This document shows positions 51,000 to 64,000 of a DNA stretch of 64,000 nucleotides, piece by piece. Source of the stretch: the human T2T-CHM13v2.0 reference genome, Homo sapiens; the NCBI RefSeq assembly GCF_009914755.1, contig NC_060928.1. One strand, 5' to 3'. Position numbers and translations under genes: made by a program. The notes beneath the pieces were generated by a model that made no database searches, was not told the DNA's origin, and saw only the letters and a list, made by a program, of their open reading frames with translations. The stretch's first letter is position 1. Each line of letters starts with the position of its first letter.

Positions 51000-52576
51000 T
51001 GCCTTTTCCTGGCGCCGGCTGCGACCAATTATTATTTAGAGAGACAGCTTTACGACTGCCTGATCATCACCTCATGGTTGCCTGACATTCCTGGTGGTAG
51101 TGGGGCCTTCTCCTGCCCTGCTCCTGTCTGCCTGCCTACCTGCTGGAACAAAGGTAGTTGTCCCTTCAAGAGATATATGGAAGGATATTAGCTGGCTGTT
51201 GAACTTGAGCACACACTGTAAGGCAAAAACAGATGGCTAGTATACTATCTTCCTGTTTTCCTAACTTTAAAAAGTTTACCTGATGTATTTAGGATATAAT
51301 TTTGGGATGAAAAGCTGTAAGGATTAATAGAAAAGTAGGAGAACATATGTAAGAAGAATGTGGTTGGGAAGGACAGGGAAATTAGGTAAAAATTTGTAAA
51401 GCAAACAGGCTTCTGGGAGGGGATGTGTGTTTTCCTCATCCTGAGGTTTCTTCCATGTGAAGGACACTCTATTAGAATAATCCTCTTGGCTACTCTCAGT
51501 CTCTCTGCCCTTGGGGGAGATGGAGTGACCTGTTTTATTGGTGAGGTGGGAAGGAAAAGAACAGCATTTTCCCTTTTCCCTTCCTCTAGGGAGAGAGCTT
51601 CCCACAGAGAACCTTGTCCTCTGTATTCCATGTCCTAAAACTAACAGAGGCAGGTAGGTCCCCAGGCAGTGCCTGTGTCAGGAATGGAGAATTATTTCTA
51701 ATTTTGGAGTTCAGCATTATGAAGGTCACTTGTCTGCTTTTTCTTAATAAAACTTTATAAAGGATAAAGGTAATATTTTGGCATCTATGTGACAATGCCT
51801 TGGTCTTATTTCACAGTTGAGTAAGCATCTGTGAAGATGCCCTCTAAAGTCCCAAATAAGATTACTCAAAAGTAAATCAAAACACCCTAAGTTGGCTGTT
51901 CTGGCCATGAGGGAGTTGTTGCAGCTAGACTTGCTCTTCTCTATAAACAGCAAAAAAAAAAAAAAAAAAAAAAAACTGGACAAAATATGTGGAACAATTT
52001 TCAGACACTGGACAATATGAAATACAGGGCTGTGATTCCTGAGGGAAAGAAGCAAATATGATGAGTCATATAATTGACCTGGCTATCTGTGTGGAGGCAT
52101 TTTCTGGACCTCAGTACAGGGAGGGGGGACACAGACAGAGCGCAGTGATCTTGCTAAAGTGAGAAGATGGATACCAACAGTTGGGAGACTGAGGTTCTTG
52201 TAATTTGTGGGGCAGAGATGAGGGAGTTGTGCTGAGGAAAACCAACTAACCAATCAAGCAACAAACAAACTAACAAACATCTCTAGAGGTCTTCCCTTTA
52301 GTTTTTGCCCAAATGGTAAACTGCACTTTCACAATTTGAAGATCCACAGGGTCAGAGAATACATGCTAGGATCTTTAAGTGAAACAGTTCTTAGGGCTCA
52401 CATACAACTGAGGAAGTTTGATTTTCAACCAACTGGAATGCATTGACCTCGTTGAACACCCAGGCGTTCCATTGAGATCCCAGAAAAATTAGCATATCTA
52501 AATCTAAAGGAAAAGTACTCTAGGTTCACCCCAACAAATCTTAAAAATTGCCCTCAACAAGGTCAAATTGATTATT

Positions 52577-58211
<5,635 letters not shown>

Positions 58212-58288
58212 GTCAAACTGATTCTTAAGGAACTTAACTACCTCCAAAACAACACTCTTTAAAGGAAGACAACAAGATCCAAATACAA

Positions 58289-58729
58289 TATATTAGTGTT
58301 CTTCAAAGAAGCAGAGCTGATTTGTGTGTGTGTGTGTGTAATGTGTGTTTGTGTGTATGGAGAGAGAAACAGAGAGAGACTTATTATGCCTAGAAGTGTG
58401 AAATATGCAGAACCCTTGGTCCCGTTCGAGTCCAAAGGCCGCATACTGCTATAGAACCAGAAAGAGCTTATGTCCCAGTTCAAAGGCTGTCAGGCAGGAA
58501 TATTTTCTCTTACTTGGGAGAGGGTTGGGCTTTTTTTCTGTTCAGACCTTTAAGTGATTGAATGATACCTACTCACATTATGGAGGGCAATCTGCTTTAC
58601 TCAGTTTACTGATTTAAATCTTAATCTCATCCAAAAACACTCTCATAGAAACACCCAGACTAATGTTTGGCCAAATATCTGGGCACCCAGTGGCCCAGTC
58701 AAGTAGACACAAAAAAATTAGCAACCACA
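58289..58729 (-). mobile_element. MLT2B-type LTR
   Basis: GGAGGGCAATCTGCTTTACTCAG...CACCCAGACTAATGTTTGGCCAAATATCTGGGCAC...GGCCCAGTCAAG. Confidence 0.82.
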
Positions 58730-59973
58730 TTTAACAATGTAACATTTATAATTTTCACCTCTAATAAAATATTACTAGACATACAAAGAAAAAGAAAAAT
58801 ATGACCCATAACCAGTGAAATAAGTCAATAGAAGCAGAAGCAGAAATAAAAATAATATTAGAAATAGAAGACAAAAACCTTAATATAGCTATTATAAACG
58901 TGCTTGGGCTTTAAAGTAAAACATAAATTTAATAAAGAAATGGAAACTATAAAAAAGAACCAAATGGAACTTCTGGAGTTGAAAAATACAAGATCTGAAA
59001 TTAAAAATGCGATAGATAGTCTTAACAGTAGATTAAAGATGCAGAAGATGTGATAAGTGGACTTGAAGTAAGAATAATACAAACCATAAAAAAAAATAGT
59101 ACAAAGAAAGAGAGAAAAAAAGGCTGAGAAAAAAAGCCTAGAGCTTCTATGACCCGTGGATAATACAAAATGTTCTAATATAGTGAGACTGAAGCCCAAG
59201 TAAAAGAGGAACGGGACAAATATTTAAAGAATGATGCCTGAAACTCATCCAAATTTGATGAATACTATAAATCTACAAATTCAAGAAGAATAAACACAGA
59301 GTAAACCATACCAAGGTACAACATAATCAATTGCTGAAAACAAAATTAATGAGAAAATCTTAAGTGCAAGGAGACATGGGGGAAGACATATTAAATAAAA
59401 AGGAATATGGATAAGAGTTATCACTGACTCCTTAATAGAAACAATACAAGCCATCTTTGAAATGCCAAAGGGGGAAAAAAACCCCTGTTCACATAGCATC
59501 TATATTAAGTGACAATCTCTTTCACAAATGAAGCAAAATAAAGATATTTTCTGCCTAACAAAAGCAAAAAATATTGTTACAAGGAGACCTGCATATCAGA
59601 AAGTTTAAAAAATATTCTTCATTTTGAAGGAAAATGATATCAGATGGAAACGAATCTATTCAAAGAAATGAAAAGCACTGAAAGTGGTAGATCTGTAGGC
59701 AAATATGATATTTGTTCTCATTAAAATTTTTCACATGATAATTAAAAAATTAAGAACAATATATGGCATTATAACAAATGTATCAGTGAAATGAATGAAA
59801 ATGATAGCACAGTGATGGAAGGGACGAATGGAATTTATAGTGTTTAAAGTTTTCATACTACACTTAATGATATATTATTTGAAGATTGGCTGTGATTAGT
59901 TGATGCATATTTTAAACACTAGCAAAGTCGCTTTAAAAAGGAGGTATGTTGTTTAGTAGAGGAGACAAAATAG

Positions 59974-60330
<357 letters not shown>

Positions 60331-60569
60331 AAAGAATGGATTAGAAAACAACAAATAGCAAGGTGATAGATTCAAACCTAGCCATATTGATAATAAAATT
60401 AAATGTAAATTATCTAAGTACTCCAATTAAAAGGCAGAGATTATCAAAATGGATTTAAGAAAAATAAGACCCAAATACATGTTACCTAGAAGAAAAGCAC
60501 TATAAATATGAGAATAAATACTTTGGAAGTAAAAGACATACCCTGCAAACACTAAGCAAGGGACAGCTC

Positions 60570-61074
<505 letters not shown>

Positions 61075-61581
61075 TTATATCTGGAGATTTCAACACTTCT
61101 CAGTAACTGATAGAACAAGAGAGAAAATCAGAAAGGATTTAGAAGACTTGAACGTCACCACAACCAATTTGACCTATTTCACATTTAGAGAAGACTACAC
61201 CCAACAATGATATGACACACATCCCTTTCAAGTGCATAAGGAACTTTCCTGTGGTTAGGTATATACTGGGTCATAAAACAAGTCTTGATAAGCTTTAAAA
61301 GACTGAAATTACATATAGTATATGAGCATAACAGAATTAAATTAGAAATCAATTAAAAATATGTGGAAAATATCTGAATATTCAAAAATAGAACAAGATA
61401 TTTCTAAATAATCCACAGATCAAAGAAGAAATCTCAGAGGAAATCTCAAAGGAAATCAGAATTTTTTTGAATTGAATGACAACGAAAACATAAAATACCA
61501 AAATTTGTAGGCTGTAGTTAAAACAGTGCTTACAGGGAAATTGATAACATTAAATACTCACATTAGAAAATAACATAGAGT

Positions 61582-61664
61582 TTTGATCATTACACCCTCC
61601 ATTCATATAACAAAATGTTACATATAACTCATAAATATGTAAAATATTGTATATCAGAAAAAAA
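61582..61664 (+). mobile_element. Short L1MA 3'-end insertion
   Basis: TTTGATCATTACAC...CATAAATATGTA...TATATCAG then A-tail; flanked by ATAGAG on both sides. Confidence 0.6.
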
Positions 61665-61806
61665 TAGAGCTTTAAATTAATATGTTGCACCTTAACAAAC
61701 TAGGCAAAGAAGGGAAAATATGCACAACATTTTGCATGTAATTTCTTGTGATCCTGGAACCCTCTGAAACCTATCATGAACTGCCGGTTAAGAATCCCTG
61801 ATCCCA

Positions 61807-63150
<1,344 letters not shown>

Positions 63151-64000
63151 ATTGTGGTGCCTTATATTTTGACAACCTTTGGCCATATAAGGATTCTGGA
63201 ATTACTAATTACCTGGGAAAATACATGAAAACTATAATGTAAATAAAGCAAAACCGGTAGACATTCAATAAATATGTAATTTATGTGCTTGTGATTAAAT
63301 AGTGTATTTCACTGTCATAACCTATTCTCCTATAAATTTTTTGTCTATTCTGTTGACAAGGAAAGTATAATTATTTGTTTTGTTAATAAGCATTGGGCTG
63401 TATTGGACAGATTATGAGAAATATTAAATGTTATAGTTTTCTCTTATTTTTCTATATATTTGATTATCTTTTCCTTTCCTTGAGAGGAATTCTGAGCATA
63501 GAATTATAGATATTTGCTTGAGAATCTGTGATGTATTCAGTTTAGCATCCCAAATGAATGCAAAATTGATGAGCTTTTGAATGTGCTAAGTCATTTTGCC
63601 TGCTTTTTATTTTTGCATTATTAAGTTGTCATTGCCTGTTCTCTTTTGTCCTTTTACTCTGCACATCCAAATGTTCAGTCCTAAAATTATACCATGCCAT
63701 CACCAAATGTCCAGCACCAGATCCTTATTAGGAGAATAACAGATCCGCTAGAGATTAGAAGGGGTCAGTATGCCCTTTTGGCGTGACTCTCATACACTGT
63801 ACTCTACTTCGGTAGAAAAACAAAATCATTAAAATAACGTCACACATGAATACTCATTAAACCATGTTATAAACTTTCAGTTCATTTCACCAGGTCTGAG
63901 ATTCAGTTTATCTGTTCATCAGGTGATGCAGATAAAAGTGGCAAAGAATTTTGGGGGTATTTAAAGAAATAACCTATAGTTATGTGCTCCTAATTTTAGC

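Larger units (their letters stand above)
45002..51150 (-). mobile_element. MER50 ERV1 LTR split by the L1; pieces at 45002-45148 and ~50997-51150, middle missing
   Basis: TGTTACCAGCGGTGAATCCATATGGGTCTGCAGCAACCTCAATTCTTG at left; GCCTGACATTCCTGGT...TCTCCTGCCCTGCTC...CTACCTGCTGGAACA at right. Confidence 0.8.

Overview
Primate genomic DNA, almost certainly ape or human: it carries AluY and an L1PA3-like 3' end. It is AT-rich intronic or intergenic sequence in which roughly half the window is recognisable transposon remnants. These include about 13 Alu/FLAM SINEs, MIRs, L2s, many L1 fragments, MaLR/ERV LTRs (MLT1, MST, THE1D, MLT2, LTR16, LTR33, MER21, MER4, MER50, LTR12) and DNA transposons (Tigger4b, MER2, MER58A, MER5A, MER102, MADE1). 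I found no intact protein-coding gene, tRNA, rRNA or CRISPR array. Nearly all ORFs in the track are L1/Alu/LTR remnants or chance frames. The main structure is a nested block at 45-62 kb: MER50 > L1 > LTR12, facing an inverted L1PA7-like element that sits inside an ancient L1M. The most unusual signals are repair-like scars: a tailless Alu preceded by a 28-bp copy of sequence 4.4 kb away, a MER2 with direct and inverted templated pieces, and two convergent L1s with near-complementary deletions. There is also a possible LTR12 promoter plus enhancer unit and an unexplained CpG-retaining segment at 21.0-21.4 kb. I cannot support a new biological system from this sequence. Repeat subfamily names come from recalled consensus sequences, not a database search, and boundaries of old elements are approximate.
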